Of a stretch of DNA of 64,000 nucleotides, positions 25,900-35,795 are shown in pieces. The stretch's first letter is position 1. Each line of letters starts with the position of its first letter. The position numbers and the translations under genes were made by a program. Origin of the DNA: Candidatus Iainarchaeum sp. (GTDB lineage Archaea; Iainarchaeota; Iainarchaeia; Iainarchaeales; UBA10219); the NCBI GenBank assembly GCA_018304425.1, contig JAGVWE010000005.1:32001-96000 (forward strand), in the 5' to 3' direction. Below the pieces are notes generated by a model, which saw only the letters and a program-made list of their open reading frames with translations, ran no database searches and had not been told where the DNA came from.

Positions 25900-26220
25900 T
25901 TGATTAGGGAAGGCTACTTCAAGTCCAGGGCCCTGATGCTGGTTTTCGAGGCACTGGCCACGGTGCCGGATGCCAGCCCCGTGCTTATCCGGCAATTGAC
26001 CGGGCTCCCCGAGCGAACCACTCGCCACTCACTGGCACGCCTAGCCAGGCTAGGCCTCCTCCAAACCGTTCCCGACTACTCGGACTTGCGCGCAAAAAAG
26101 TTCAAGCTAAATGAACCGCCTGGAATCGACTTGCTTGCGTTTGGGGTCCCGCAGGCGTTCCAACAAGGGTCGGGTCACCCGTTGGTGGCGTTCGGCAAAC
26201 CGGGTGGGTCTCGGGGTTGA
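25900..26220 (+). CDS. Winged helix-turn-helix protein
   Basis: 'IRQLTGLPERTTRHSLARL...GLL......DLR.K.F.L'; start uncertain. Confidence 0.7.
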   Translation: MIREGYFKSRALMLVFEALATVPDASPVLIRQLTGLPERTTRHSLARLARLGLLQTVPDYSDLRAKKFKLNEPPGIDLLAFGVPQAFQQGSGHPLVAFGKPGGSRG

Positions 26221-26274
26221 GCCAGCCATGCATTAAATGGCGTTTAACTCCTTAATAAAAGTAGGCTGACCGGA

Positions 26275-26487
26275 CTATTCCTCTTCCACTTCTTCGGCTG
26301 CGCCGAACTCTTCCGCGATTTCTTCGTCGAAGTACTTTTCTTTTTCGGTGACTAGCTTGAATTTGCCATTGTCCACCTTGATGACCAAATCGACTGTGCA
26401 CTCGGGGCACTGGAGGAGGTCGTCTTCCTCGTAGTCGTTGACGCTCAAGTCAAAGCCCTCCTTGCACTCAGGGCACTTGACTTTCAT
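26275..26487 (-). CDS. LysW-like zinc-ribbon acidic protein
   Basis: CPEC...CPEC with acidic tail; lacks the LysW EDWGE terminus. Confidence 0.6.
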   Translation of the reverse strand: MKVKCPECKEGFDLSVNDYEEDDLLQCPECTVDLVIKVDNGKFKLVTEKEKYFDEEIAEEFGAAEEVEEE

Positions 26488-26585
26488 GTTGGGTGTGCGC
26501 ATGTATAGATTTTTATTCCACTCAACTGGTTTATAAATCTTCGCCGATTTTGCCCTTTAACGGGAACGAATGACCGATTTTGGGC

Positions 26586-27200
26586 TCAAAAATAGCCTGA
26601 AAACAGGCCCACCACGGCCAAGACCAGGGCCAGCACCACGAGGTTCTTGAGCGTGCCACCCGGCCCCGTGGCGGCAATGACGGCATACCAGACGAACAGG
26701 GATTCCAGGGCCAACAACAAGCCGATTCCCAGGAACAGGAAACCCAGGCCCAGGGAAAAGAAGTCCGAGCTCAAGGGCACCCGTTGAGCGATTGCCTGCA
26801 GGTCCTGGAGGGAGGAAGCCTGTTGCACGCCCTTCAACTCGGCGAACAAACCCGGCAACAACAGGAACGCTACCAGGAAGGACAGTACCACGAGCACCGC
26901 ATTGAACAACCGCGTCAAGGAAAGCGCGCTCAGAAGGCCCACGAACTTGCCTTGCACGGCCTTTCCCTTCAAGAGGTACAATAACACGTAGAGGAAGGCC
27001 GTGGAAACAATCCAGAACACGACGTCCTTGGCGGCATCCACTACGGGCTTGGTGGAAATCGGTGCCCTCAACAGGGCAGCCAACCCCACCAGCACGAGGG
27101 TGGGCAGCACGACCAGGGCCAGGGAAACCACGAGGTTGGGGTGGGCCAGGCAGTCCTTGGCGGTCTTGCCTGGATGGAAAAAAGCGTTCAAGGGGTTCAT
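26586..27200 (-). CDS. Yip1-like membrane protein
   Basis: 'AFFHPGKT' N-terminus then about 5 TM. Confidence 0.6.
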   Translation of the reverse strand: MNPLNAFFHPGKTAKDCLAHPNLVVSLALVVLPTLVLVGLAALLRAPISTKPVVDAAKDVVFWIVSTAFLYVLLYLLKGKAVQGKFVGLLSALSLTRLFNAVLVVLSFLVAFLLLPGLFAELKGVQQASSLQDLQAIAQRVPLSSDFFSLGLGFLFLGIGLLLALESLFVWYAVIAATGPGGTLKNLVVLALVLAVVGLFSGYF

Positions 27201-27235
27201 GGACGTCAACTATATGGCTTTACAGGTATTTAAAG

Positions 27236-28213
27236 CTATTTTTCGAAGGCCTTCCGCACCGGGGCCAGCACCCGCGCGGTTTCAAACGCTACCGCGTTCT
27301 TCAAGTCCAGGGGGTGCAGTTTCTTTTCCGCGAAAGCGGCTTCGAGTTCCTGCATGGAGGCAAACTCCGCGTTGCCGCCGAACTTGGCAGGCCGCTCGAC
27401 CCTCAGTTTTCCCAGGCGCGGGAACAAGACGTACTTCGCGATTTCCATCACGGGGTTGTCTTCCACGGTTCCTTCTGGGCAGTAGGCCTTGACGAGCTTC
27501 TTCTTGATGGCTTCCTCGGAGTCCCGCACCGAAATCATGGAGTCCGGGATGCTGGAACTCATCTTCTTGCCGGGACCCAACAAGGAGTTCACGAGCGGAG
27601 TATGAACGCAGCCGAACACCGGATAATTAATCGCGTGCATGGTCTCGCGGCCCAGCATGTGGATTTTCCGCTGCTCGATGCCGGCCTGCGCGACGTCCAC
27701 CTTCAAGTGCTTGATGTCCGCAATCTGCATCAAGGGGTAAATCATCTGGCACACGTGCGCGTTCTCGAAGTCGCGCGCGACTTCCTGCATGGAGCGCATG
27801 GCGCGGTTCAAGGTCGTGGCAATCGACAACTTCAACACGTCTTCGACGTATTCGGGGGTCTGCTGGAAGTCGCTGCCCAAAACGAATTCCGGGTCCTCAA
27901 GGCCGAGCTTCGCGAACTGCTTCTGGTCGAGCTTGGCCATGGCACTGATTTCCTCCTTCGAACCCTTGCGGTTGAGCATGGCGTGCCAGTCGGCCAACAA
28001 AATCTTGACGTGGAAGCCGGCCTTCTCCAAGTCCATAAGCTTGGTAACCGTTACCATGTGGCCCAGGTGCACTTCCCCTGAAGTCTCGTAGCCGCAATAG
28101 GTTATGGGCTTCTTCTTGGTCTCCAAGACTTTCCGGATGTCTTCCTCGGTGACAAGCTCCACGGTGTTGCGCCGGATGAGTTCGAGGCGCTCGGAGAGGT
28201 TCATGCAATCCAT
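27236..28213 (-). CDS. tyrS: Tyrosine--tRNA ligase, archaeal type
   Basis: 'YCGYETSG.VHLGH', 'YPLMQIADI', 'QRKIHM', 'KMSSS'. Confidence 0.96.
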   Translation of the reverse strand: MDCMNLSERLELIRRNTVELVTEEDIRKVLETKKKPITYCGYETSGEVHLGHMVTVTKLMDLEKAGFHVKILLADWHAMLNRKGSKEEISAMAKLDQKQFAKLGLEDPEFVLGSDFQQTPEYVEDVLKLSIATTLNRAMRSMQEVARDFENAHVCQMIYPLMQIADIKHLKVDVAQAGIEQRKIHMLGRETMHAINYPVFGCVHTPLVNSLLGPGKKMSSSIPDSMISVRDSEEAIKKKLVKAYCPEGTVEDNPVMEIAKYVLFPRLGKLRVERPAKFGGNAEFASMQELEAAFAEKKLHPLDLKNAVAFETARVLAPVRKAFEK

Positions 28214-28308
28214 GAGAGCCAATGAGCTAATAAAAGTTAGCCCAATTTGCCCGCTATTTAAGGTTCTACGGGTGAGAGATTTAAACCCTCTCCAGGCTAC
28301 TGTTTGCT

Positions 28309-28734
28309 ATGGCCCGCAAAACCGTGCTCGCCTTCGGCACCTTCGACCTGCTGCACCCCGGGCACCTCAGCTACCTTCGGCAGGCCAAGCGGTTGGGTCG
28401 GCGGCTTACCGTCATCGTGGCCCGCGACGTCAACGTGCAGCGCATCAAGCACCGGAAGCCCTTGTTCGACGAGCGGCAGCGGCTGGCCATGGTGCGGGCC
28501 CTCAAAAAAGTGGACCAAGCCGTGCTCGGCTTTGCCGACGACCTCTACAAGTCGGTGGCGAGGTTCAAGCCGGACGTGATTGCCCTGGGCTACGACCAGG
28601 GGCCTTCCACGGCCGTCATCAGGCGGGAGCTGGCCAAGCGGGGCCTGCACCCCCGCATCGCCCGGTGCAAGCCCTTCAAGCCCCGAAAGCACAAGTCCAC
28701 CCACTTAAAGCAGCGGCTCCGGGGAGGCAACTGA
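28309..28734 (+). CDS. ribL: FAD synthase (archaeal cytidylyltransferase family)
   Basis: 'GTFDLLHPGH', 'VARD', 'PDVIALGYDQ'. Confidence 0.85.
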   Translation: MARKTVLAFGTFDLLHPGHLSYLRQAKRLGRRLTVIVARDVNVQRIKHRKPLFDERQRLAMVRALKKVDQAVLGFADDLYKSVARFKPDVIALGYDQGPSTAVIRRELAKRGLHPRIARCKPFKPRKHKSTHLKQRLRGGN

Positions 28735-28773
28735 AGGACAAAGATTATTAAGGCCCGTAAATACGTAAATGAT

Positions 28774-29442
28774 ATGCCGGAACCGCCAAAACCGGAATCC
28801 ATGAAAAAACCGGGTGGGCCAAAAAATTCGTTTCTCCGCGGCCTATTGGCACGAGACGCCGCGAAAGAACGACCACTCATGCCCGAAGAAAAACGGCGAC
28901 GTCTCGTACTTGCTGCACGCCGGAACCGCTTGGCCGAGCAGTTCAAGGCACTGGAATTCTATCACGACGAGAACCGCGTGAAACCCTGGATGGCCCAGCA
29001 GTTGGGCGGGCTCCGGGCTGACGTAAGGCATTGCGGGGCTTTCATGCCCTCCCATGGCCAGACCACGATTTTTCCCCTGGAAACCGGCATCCGGCAAACC
29101 CTGGCCCACCTCGCTGACCTCGAGCGGGAGCTGCAGCAAGTGGAACCCAATGGCATGACCCAGGAACAAGCAAGGACGCGCCTGGCCCTGGCCAAGGCGC
29201 CACTTGAGCGGGTGCTGCACTTGTTGGAGGGCTGCCAGGCCTATGCGGAGGAAGTGGAGGCCAGGCAGCAGGATGACCTTGAAAGAGCCGATGCAAAAAT
29301 GGCGGAGGCCAGGGCGCATTTCATTGGCTCCGGGTTTCCGGAAGCCGCCTTGAAGGAACTGACAACTCTGATCCGGCGGCATGTGCCTGAAAACCTTCGC
29401 ATAACCAGGAGCTTTCGGGCACCTGAAAACTTCCAGGTCTAG
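28774..29442 (+). CDS. Hypothetical helical protein with Pro/Lys/Arg-rich N-terminus
   Basis: 222-aa ORF filling the gap; ATTATTAA about 20 nt upstream. Confidence 0.55.
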   Translation: MPEPPKPESMKKPGGPKNSFLRGLLARDAAKERPLMPEEKRRRLVLAARRNRLAEQFKALEFYHDENRVKPWMAQQLGGLRADVRHCGAFMPSHGQTTIFPLETGIRQTLAHLADLERELQQVEPNGMTQEQARTRLALAKAPLERVLHLLEGCQAYAEEVEARQQDDLERADAKMAEARAHFIGSGFPEAALKELTTLIRRHVPENLRITRSFRAPENFQV

Positions 29443-29446
29443 GCAT

Positions 29447-30208
29447 TCACGGCGTGGCTGTTTTTTTCTGGCAGAAGAAAGTCCAGCTGACTTCATCGCC
29501 GGGAAAGTCGAAGCGCCCGAAGTGGTGGTAGGCTGGGTTGTCCAAGACGAAGTCGTTGACTGCCGCGCAGACCTCGAACTCGGCAGGCGAAAAATCGTGG
29601 AAGACAATCCAGCCGTCCTTGCACACGAATGGCTCCCATTCCAGGAAATCGGTTTTGGCGCCGACATAGGAGTGGTCGCCGTCGATGAAGAGCAGCCTGA
29701 TTTTCTGGTCGCGTGGCCAGCGCCTGGCCGCCGGCTGCGAGAAGTCCCGGCAGACCTCCACCCAGGCGGTCACGCCCGCCGTGCGGAGGTTTTCTTCGAG
29801 GGCCTGTCCCCGGTGCATGAGTTGGGGGTCAACGGCATACACTTTTTCGCGGTTCGCTGCCTTGGAGCCCGCTGCCAGGCAACAGGTGGAGGCCCCATGG
29901 TAGCTCCCGATTTCCACGATGGCCCCTTGCCCGGAACCGTTTCGGGCCAGGTCGTAGAGGAAGCAACCGGTTTCAAGGGACACCAGGAACCGCATGCTGG
30001 GCGCCAGCCGCTCGATGACTTCGTGGATGAACTGGGCGTGAGGGCGGTGGTGTTGCAGGGGCAGCTTTTCAAAGAAGCCCGGGTGCGTGGCAAAAAAGAG
30101 GGAACGCAGCAGGCTCCGGGCAAGCTCGTTTCTCCCGGTGCCGAAGAGGGGCCGGAGCGCGTGCTTGGCGGCCAGCAAAAAAGCCATTCCCGTGGATGCA
30201 GAACCCAT
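29447..30208 (-). CDS. Class I SAM-dependent methyltransferase (Methyltransf_24-like)
   Basis: 'IVEIGSYHGAST', 'AVDP', 'LFIDGDHSY', 'VFHDF'. Confidence 0.88.
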   Translation of the reverse strand: MGSASTGMAFLLAAKHALRPLFGTGRNELARSLLRSLFFATHPGFFEKLPLQHHRPHAQFIHEVIERLAPSMRFLVSLETGCFLYDLARNGSGQGAIVEIGSYHGASTCCLAAGSKAANREKVYAVDPQLMHRGQALEENLRTAGVTAWVEVCRDFSQPAARRWPRDQKIRLLFIDGDHSYVGAKTDFLEWEPFVCKDGWIVFHDFSPAEFEVCAAVNDFVLDNPAYHHFGRFDFPGDEVSWTFFCQKKTATP

Positions 30209-30234
30209 TCAAGTACCTTCCGTGAATCATGCTT

Positions 30235-31329
30235 TTAAATTCGTTCCCGTGAACCGGAACCAGCCGCTTCCTCGTAGACGGCTTTCAGTTTCCGCCGGAT
30301 TTCGTCGGGATTGAATTGCTGGTCAAACCGTTTCCGGCTTTCCCGGCCCATGCGCGTACACAAAGCCCTTGATTCAACGAGTTGCTTCAGGCCCACGTAA
30401 ACGGATTCCGCGTCCCCGGGCCGGCAGACGAAACCGTTTCTTCCATCCGTGATTTTTTCACCCAGGCCCTGCACGTCCGAGACCACGAGGGGCAAGCCAT
30501 AGAACAGGGCCTCCACGGCCGCCACCCCAAACCCCTCCCACCGCGAGGGCATGCAGTAGGCGTCCGCCTCCGCAAACAAGGAGTGCACGCGGGCCAAGTC
30601 CACGTCAAAGTAGGCCTGGATGGCCGGGTTGGACTGGATGGCTTGCAGGGCTTGCAGGGGAACGTTGGCTTGGCGGGTGACCAGGGAGAGGCGCAGGCCA
30701 CCCACTTCCCGGGAAAGCCGCTCAAAGGCCGCCAAGAGCTCCAACCCGCCCTTCCGCTCGAAGTCGCGGCCGACGAACAGGAGGTGGAAGCCCTCGTGTT
30801 TTTTCCGGGGCAAGGGCATTGGCTCGAGGAGGCAGGGAATGACTGCAATCTTCGATTCCTCTACCTTCACCCGGCGCAACAGCGTCTGCTTGGAGTGCTC
30901 GGAGTGCAAGACTATTTTCTTGCAGCGCGGCAAGGCCAGCAGCTTTTCCGCAATCCGTTTTCCCAGGGGGGTAAAGGGGGCGTCGCCCCACAACTGGTCC
31001 ACGTTGATGATGCCGGGTTTTTCCGCGAAAACGATGTGGTTGGATTCCACCAAGTCCATTTCCTTGAGTCGGGGAGAGAGGGTCACGAAGGCGCGGGGGA
31101 ACCGCCACCAAATCTCGCCGAACGGGCGGTGCAGCAGGCAAAACAAGTCCGTGGGGCTGAACTCCCACACGGGTAGGGCGTGTGCGGGGTCAACGCAGCC
31201 CTGCAGCCTTGGATGCGACAAATAGCTCTCCGGATAGAAGTATTCCACGTCCTTGGGCGGCTTGGAGAACATGGCGCGCAAGTAGGTGGGGGAGCCCATG
31301 GCCGCGGTGTTGGCCACGAAGACCTTCAT
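30235..31329 (-). CDS. Glycosyltransferase family 4
   Basis: 'LLFVGRDFERKGG', 'PSRWEGFGVAAVEA...GLP'; true start ATG 31329. Confidence 0.9.
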   Translation of the reverse strand: MKVFVANTAAMGSPTYLRAMFSKPPKDVEYFYPESYLSHPRLQGCVDPAHALPVWEFSPTDLFCLLHRPFGEIWWRFPRAFVTLSPRLKEMDLVESNHIVFAEKPGIINVDQLWGDAPFTPLGKRIAEKLLALPRCKKIVLHSEHSKQTLLRRVKVEESKIAVIPCLLEPMPLPRKKHEGFHLLFVGRDFERKGGLELLAAFERLSREVGGLRLSLVTRQANVPLQALQAIQSNPAIQAYFDVDLARVHSLFAEADAYCMPSRWEGFGVAAVEALFYGLPLVVSDVQGLGEKITDGRNGFVCRPGDAESVYVGLKQLVESRALCTRMGRESRKRFDQQFNPDEIRRKLKAVYEEAAGSGSRERI

Positions 31330-32393
31330 TGAACCGCCTCGGCGTAGACTCTTCGGAGGATGGGCTGGACGGCTTCCGGTGAATAGTTCGCCTGGATTTT
31401 TTCCAGCGCGGCCCTTCCCATGCGCCTCCGTTTCTGGGCATCGGCGAGCAGGGCTTCCAAGGCGTTTCGCAGGCCCGGAACATCCCCGGGTTCGGTCAAA
31501 AACCCTTCCCTGCCTTCTTCGACCATTTCCGGAATAGCGCACATCCGCGAGCTGATGACCGGCAAGCCAAAGGACAGGGCTTCGAGGACGGCATAGGGCC
31601 CGGCGTCGGCCAGGGTGGGCAGGCAAAAGAAATCGGCTTGCCGGTAGAGGCCGAGCAAGGCCGGACGGTCTTGCACGTAAGGGCGGAGTTCGAGGTTCTT
31701 CACGCCCGCAAACTCGTAACGAATTTTTTCCGCGTCATGCATTAAGCCGGCTACGACCAATTTAGCCCGGTTTTTTTCCCCAAACCCCTTGAAGGCTTCG
31801 AGGAGACAGCGGCCACCCTTGCGCTCGAAGTTGTTGCCCACGAAGAGGATGACCGGTACCGGGTTGTCGGGAATGGACTGGGGCTGGGGCCGGACCATCG
31901 GATGCACGAGCGTCATTTTTTCTTCGGGATACGGCAAGCGGTTCGCCAGTTCCTTGAACGCCCACTTGGTGTGCGGCATCAACTGCTTGACGTTGGGGCT
32001 GCGCGCCAACAACCCCTGTATCCGCTGGACCAAACCATGAAAGGGGCTCTGGGCCCAGGCCAGGGAGAGGATGTCATAGCCGTCCATGCTGAGCACGGTG
32101 GGAATTGCGCTCACGATGAAGCGGCTGCTGGCATGAATCAAGTCCACGTCGGGACAGGAAACCCACTCGGTGTGGGGAAACACTTTGATGGAGCGGGGCT
32201 GCGCTGGCTGGCCGGGAAAGGAGAAACCCGAAAACCGGTAGAAGTCCTTCCAACCAGCTGGAAAGTGGTAGGTTACCTGCTTGGGCGGGTTTTCCAGGAG
32301 GGCTTGCTGGTAGGTCGCGTTGCCGGCGCCCACCGCGCCAAACAACAAGACGTCCAACGTGTTATCGGCCGAATCCAGGCGTTTCCCAGGCAT
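31326..32393 (-). CDS. Glycosyltransferase family 4
   Basis: 'ILFVGNNFERKGG', 'LPTLAD..PYAVLEALSFGLPVI'. Confidence 0.9.
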   Translation of the reverse strand: MPGKRLDSADNTLDVLLFGAVGAGNATYQQALLENPPKQVTYHFPAGWKDFYRFSGFSFPGQPAQPRSIKVFPHTEWVSCPDVDLIHASSRFIVSAIPTVLSMDGYDILSLAWAQSPFHGLVQRIQGLLARSPNVKQLMPHTKWAFKELANRLPYPEEKMTLVHPMVRPQPQSIPDNPVPVILFVGNNFERKGGRCLLEAFKGFGEKNRAKLVVAGLMHDAEKIRYEFAGVKNLELRPYVQDRPALLGLYRQADFFCLPTLADAGPYAVLEALSFGLPVISSRMCAIPEMVEEGREGFLTEPGDVPGLRNALEALLADAQKRRRMGRAALEKIQANYSPEAVQPILRRVYAEAVQ

Positions 32394-32445
32394 TAAACTA
32401 CCTGCTTTTGATTACGTTTTTAAATTCATGCCCCACTAATATAGT

Positions 32446-33909
32446 ATGGTAAAAGCCTCTTCTTCTGATAAATTGCGTCAAGCCCTGGGGTTGACGTTTG
32501 ACGATGTCCTGTTGGAGCCCGCTGCCTCTGAAATCCTGCCCAGCCAGGCGGACGTGCGCACCAGGCTCACCAAGCGCCTTTCCCTGAACATCCCCATTCT
32601 GTCCGCGGCCATGGACACGGTTACCGAGTCGCGGATGGCCATTGCCATGGCGCGGCAGGGCGGAATCGGCATCATCCACCGCAACCTCTCCATTGAACGA
32701 CAGGCCCAGGAAGCTGACAAAGTCAAGCGCGCGGAATTCTATGTGATTGCCGAACCCATCACGGTCTCGCCCAAGGACTCGCTGAAAACAATCTTTGCCT
32801 TGCGCAAGCAGCACGGCATCAACTCCTTCCCGGTCGTGCAGAACAACAAGCTGGTGGGCTTGGTGACTTCCAGGGATTTGATGTTCGAGGAAAACCCGGA
32901 AACCCTGGTCGAGGAAATCATGACCACCAAGCTCATCACCTGCAACCAGGTGCTGGGCATGGCGGAAGCCAAGGACATCATGCACCAGAACCGCATCGAA
33001 AAGCTGCCTATCGTGGATGCCAAGGGAAGGCTGACTGGCCTGGTCACCGTGAAAGACATTTACAACCGGCAACTGCACCCCGAAGCCAACAAGGACAAGA
33101 AAGGCAGGCTAGTGGTTGGAGCGGCCGTTGGGCCGAACGACGACGAACGGGTGCGGAAGTTGTTGGACGTGGAAGTCGACGTGCTGGTGCTGGACACCTC
33201 GCATGGGCACTCGAAGAACGTGGTCGAGGCCACGCGACGTTACAAGAAGAATTACAAGTGCGAGCTCATTGCAGGCAACGTGGCCACGGAAGCCGCTGCC
33301 CATGACCTCATTGCGGCGGGAGCGGACTGCATCAAGGTGGGAGTCGGCCCCGGCGCGATTTGCACGACCCGCGTGGTTACAGGTGTTGGGGTGCCCCAGA
33401 TTTCGGCCGTGCTGGCCTGCAGCAAGGCGGCCGAGAAGTACCAGGTGCCGCTCATCTCGGATGGCGGGGCCAAGTACAGCGGGGACTTGACCAAGGCGAT
33501 TGCCGCCGGCGCGCATTCCGTGATGCTGGGCAGCCTCCTGGCCGGCTGTGACGAAACACCCGGCAAACTCATTTACTTGAACAACCGCAAGTACAAGCAG
33601 TACCGGGGCATGGGCTCGGTTTCGGCCATGGTGGAGGGTGGCAAGGAACGTTACTTCCAGGGCGACGTGGCGGAGAAGGCCAAGCTGGTTCCCCAGGGCA
33701 TTGAAGGCGTTGTTCCCTACAAGGGCTTGGTCGAGGAAACCATTTACCAGTTGGTGGGCGGGTTGCGGGCCGGCATGGGCTTGTGTGGCGCCAAAACCAT
33801 TGAAGAACTGCGCAGGAAGGGCGTGCTGTTCCGGGTAACCGAGGCCAGTCTCAAAGAATCCCATCCCCACGATGTGACCATCACGGAAGAGGCGCCGAAC
33901 TACTATTAA
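32446..33909 (+). CDS. guaB: IMP dehydrogenase
   Basis: 'LTFDDVLL', 'SAAMDTVTE', CBS pair, '[11 protein letters not shown]', 'YRGMGS'. Confidence 0.98.
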   Translation: MVKASSSDKLRQALGLTFDDVLLEPAASEILPSQADVRTRLTKRLSLNIPILSAAMDTVTESRMAIAMARQGGIGIIHRNLSIERQAQEADKVKRAEFYVIAEPITVSPKDSLKTIFALRKQHGINSFPVVQNNKLVGLVTSRDLMFEENPETLVEEIMTTKLITCNQVLGMAEAKDIMHQNRIEKLPIVDAKGRLTGLVTVKDIYNRQLHPEANKDKKGRLVVGAAVGPNDDERVRKLLDVEVDVLVLDTSHGHSKNVVEATRRYKKNYKCELIAGNVATEAAAHDLIAAGADCIKVGVGPGAICTTRVVTGVGVPQISAVLACSKAAEKYQVPLISDGGAKYSGDLTKAIAAGAHSVMLGSLLAGCDETPGKLIYLNNRKYKQYRGMGSVSAMVEGGKERYFQGDVAEKAKLVPQGIEGVVPYKGLVEETIYQLVGGLRAGMGLCGAKTIEELRRKGVLFRVTEASLKESHPHDVTITEEAPNYY

Positions 33910-33976
33910 GCGGGTTTCGTTTTTCGAAGCGCAAAGTATATTAATGGGGTAATCATTTACTTATATGGGATAAAGC

Positions 33977-35074
33977 GTGAAATACTATTGGCTGCTGGGC
34001 ATTGGGTTGCTGCTTTACTCGTTGACTGCTTCGGCGGCGGAAACAACCGATTTTTCCGGTGGCGTGTTTGACAGCCCGGATTCCCTGTCCAAGTTCACGG
34101 TGTGGTCCTTCAACTATACGGCCATTCCCACCAATAAATTCGATGAAACCAAGGTCTTTTTCGGCCCGGCCGGGGCAAAACTCGACGACGACAAGTATTT
34201 GGTGGGGGTATTGACCAATACCGGGGTTTTTAGCCCGAACCCGCTCACGGGAAAGGGCGTGGTAGCCTACTTTGTGCGGGACAATAGCCCAGGGGATGTT
34301 GATGGGTTGACCGTGTACGTGACCCACATGGGCTTGCAGGAAGGCGAGTATGCCTTGCTGGCCCTGGCCTATGACGATAAACTGTTGCGGGACACCAGCG
34401 AGACCAAGGTAAAGGTCATCAACCCGGTGGCAAAGCCGGAAGTGGACCAGACCACGCAGAAGTTGACCGAAGCAACCACGCAATTGGAGTCCTTGAAGGA
34501 GTCCAAGGAGCAAATCAGCAAGAAATTCAATGACTTGCTGGATGTCTCCAAGCAATCCTATGAGGAATTGAACCACAAACTGGACTCGCTGAGTGAAGCC
34601 ATTTCAGGGGTCCAGACCCAAACTGACGCCTTGGACGACCAGACCAAGACGGCGTTGACGGAAATGCAGTCCAACGTCAAAGGCATTCAATCGGAGGTCC
34701 AAGGCCTTCTTGCGGAAAACGTGAAGCAAAAAGAGGAAGCCACCAAGGCAGGTTTCCTTAACTTGAGCGCGTTAGGAGCGTATGGCTCCCAGGCCCTGGT
34801 GGGCATTGTGATTGCGGCCATCCTGGCAGGTGGCCTCCTGGCGTGGAAAACCCGGAAGTCGGACAGCAAGCTGTCGGACTCGGACTTTGAAAGCAGCTTG
34901 GGCGGCGGGCTGGCCAGCTGGGGCGGGTCTTCCAAGGAATCAAAGCCATCGCCTGGCCTCCAATCCAGTGGCGCGCACGGTAAGTGGGCCATGCCCGGCG
35001 CTGGTTTGTCTGCCCAAAGTTCTAGGGCTGGTTCAAGCCGGAAGTTCGGCATGGGTTCCCTGGTCCGCAAGTAA
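33977..35074 (+). CDS. Cell-surface protein: signal peptide, beta-rich domain, coiled coil, TM anchor
   Basis: Hydrophobic N-terminus, long heptad region, C-terminal TM and Ser/Gly-rich tail. Confidence 0.65.
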   Translation: MKYYWLLGIGLLLYSLTASAAETTDFSGGVFDSPDSLSKFTVWSFNYTAIPTNKFDETKVFFGPAGAKLDDDKYLVGVLTNTGVFSPNPLTGKGVVAYFVRDNSPGDVDGLTVYVTHMGLQEGEYALLALAYDDKLLRDTSETKVKVINPVAKPEVDQTTQKLTEATTQLESLKESKEQISKKFNDLLDVSKQSYEELNHKLDSLSEAISGVQTQTDALDDQTKTALTEMQSNVKGIQSEVQGLLAENVKQKEEATKAGFLNLSALGAYGSQALVGIVIAAILAGGLLAWKTRKSDSKLSDSDFESSLGGGLASWGGSSKESKPSPGLQSSGAHGKWAMPGAGLSAQSSRAGSSRKFGMGSLVRK

Positions 35075-35521
35075 GGAAAGTTCAATCGTTTTCCCTGTTT
35101 TTAACCCGTTTTCCCGTGCATAGCCGGCCGGCACTTCCAAGGCATAGCGGGCAGGCGTGGATGGCGCGAATACCTCGCAGGGCTCTTGCCGGCAGGGGGG
35201 CAGGTTTTCCTCCAATGCCATGATTTTTCCCGTGGAATCCAGCCAGAGGATGTCAATCGGGAACCGCATGTCCTTCATCCAGATGGCGTGCTTGGCTTCT
35301 ACGGGGAAGACGAGGAGCAGGCCCGTGTTTTTTTCCAGGCCCGGGCGGTGCATGAGCCCCTCCCGGAGCCCGGCCGGAGTGGACACCACTTCCAAGCGAA
35401 TGCATTTGTCCATGGATGCGCAGGCGCGTGGCACGAATTCACCTGGTTCGCCGTTAAATGCGGGTTGCAGGCAACCGGACAGCAGTGCAAAAAAGGCCAG
35501 CAAGGCCAGGGTTTCGCGCAT
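35033..35521 (-). CDS. DUF192 domain lipoprotein
   Basis: Lipobox-like 'LSGC', 'GLM.R..L', 'IWMKDMRFPIDILWLD', 'YALEV.AG'. Confidence 0.88.
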   Translation of the reverse strand: MRETLALLAFFALLSGCLQPAFNGEPGEFVPRACASMDKCIRLEVVSTPAGLREGLMHRPGLEKNTGLLLVFPVEAKHAIWMKDMRFPIDILWLDSTGKIMALEENLPPCRQEPCEVFAPSTPARYALEVPAGYARENGLKTGKTIELSLLADQGTHAELPA

Positions 35522-35795
35522 GAAATTTTTGGGGGGCAAAAAGTTTTTACGCGCATGCTACATGAAAAAAGGCCTGTTTGCATCCCAAAAGAAAGGGAAC
35601 CTGGTTAGGTTCAAATCTGAACCGACTTCCTTTTGTGCGCAGCCAAAAGTTCGGATTACTGCGTTTATTCGGCCAAAAATTAGTTTATCGAATCACTAGA
35701 GGGCCATAATACAAGTTTTTAAATAAAGCACGTAATAAGGATAGTGCAATTGTTTTGAATCCAAACTTAATCGGGGAAAAGAGAGTTTTCGGGGG

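Noticed and set aside
35590-35630. GGGAA plus two overlapping 6-bp hairpins upstream of nrdJ as a cobalamin riboswitch
   Set aside because: No B12 box or other core motifs, and it lies upstream of the apparent TATA (about 35716-35724), so it is probably not in the transcript
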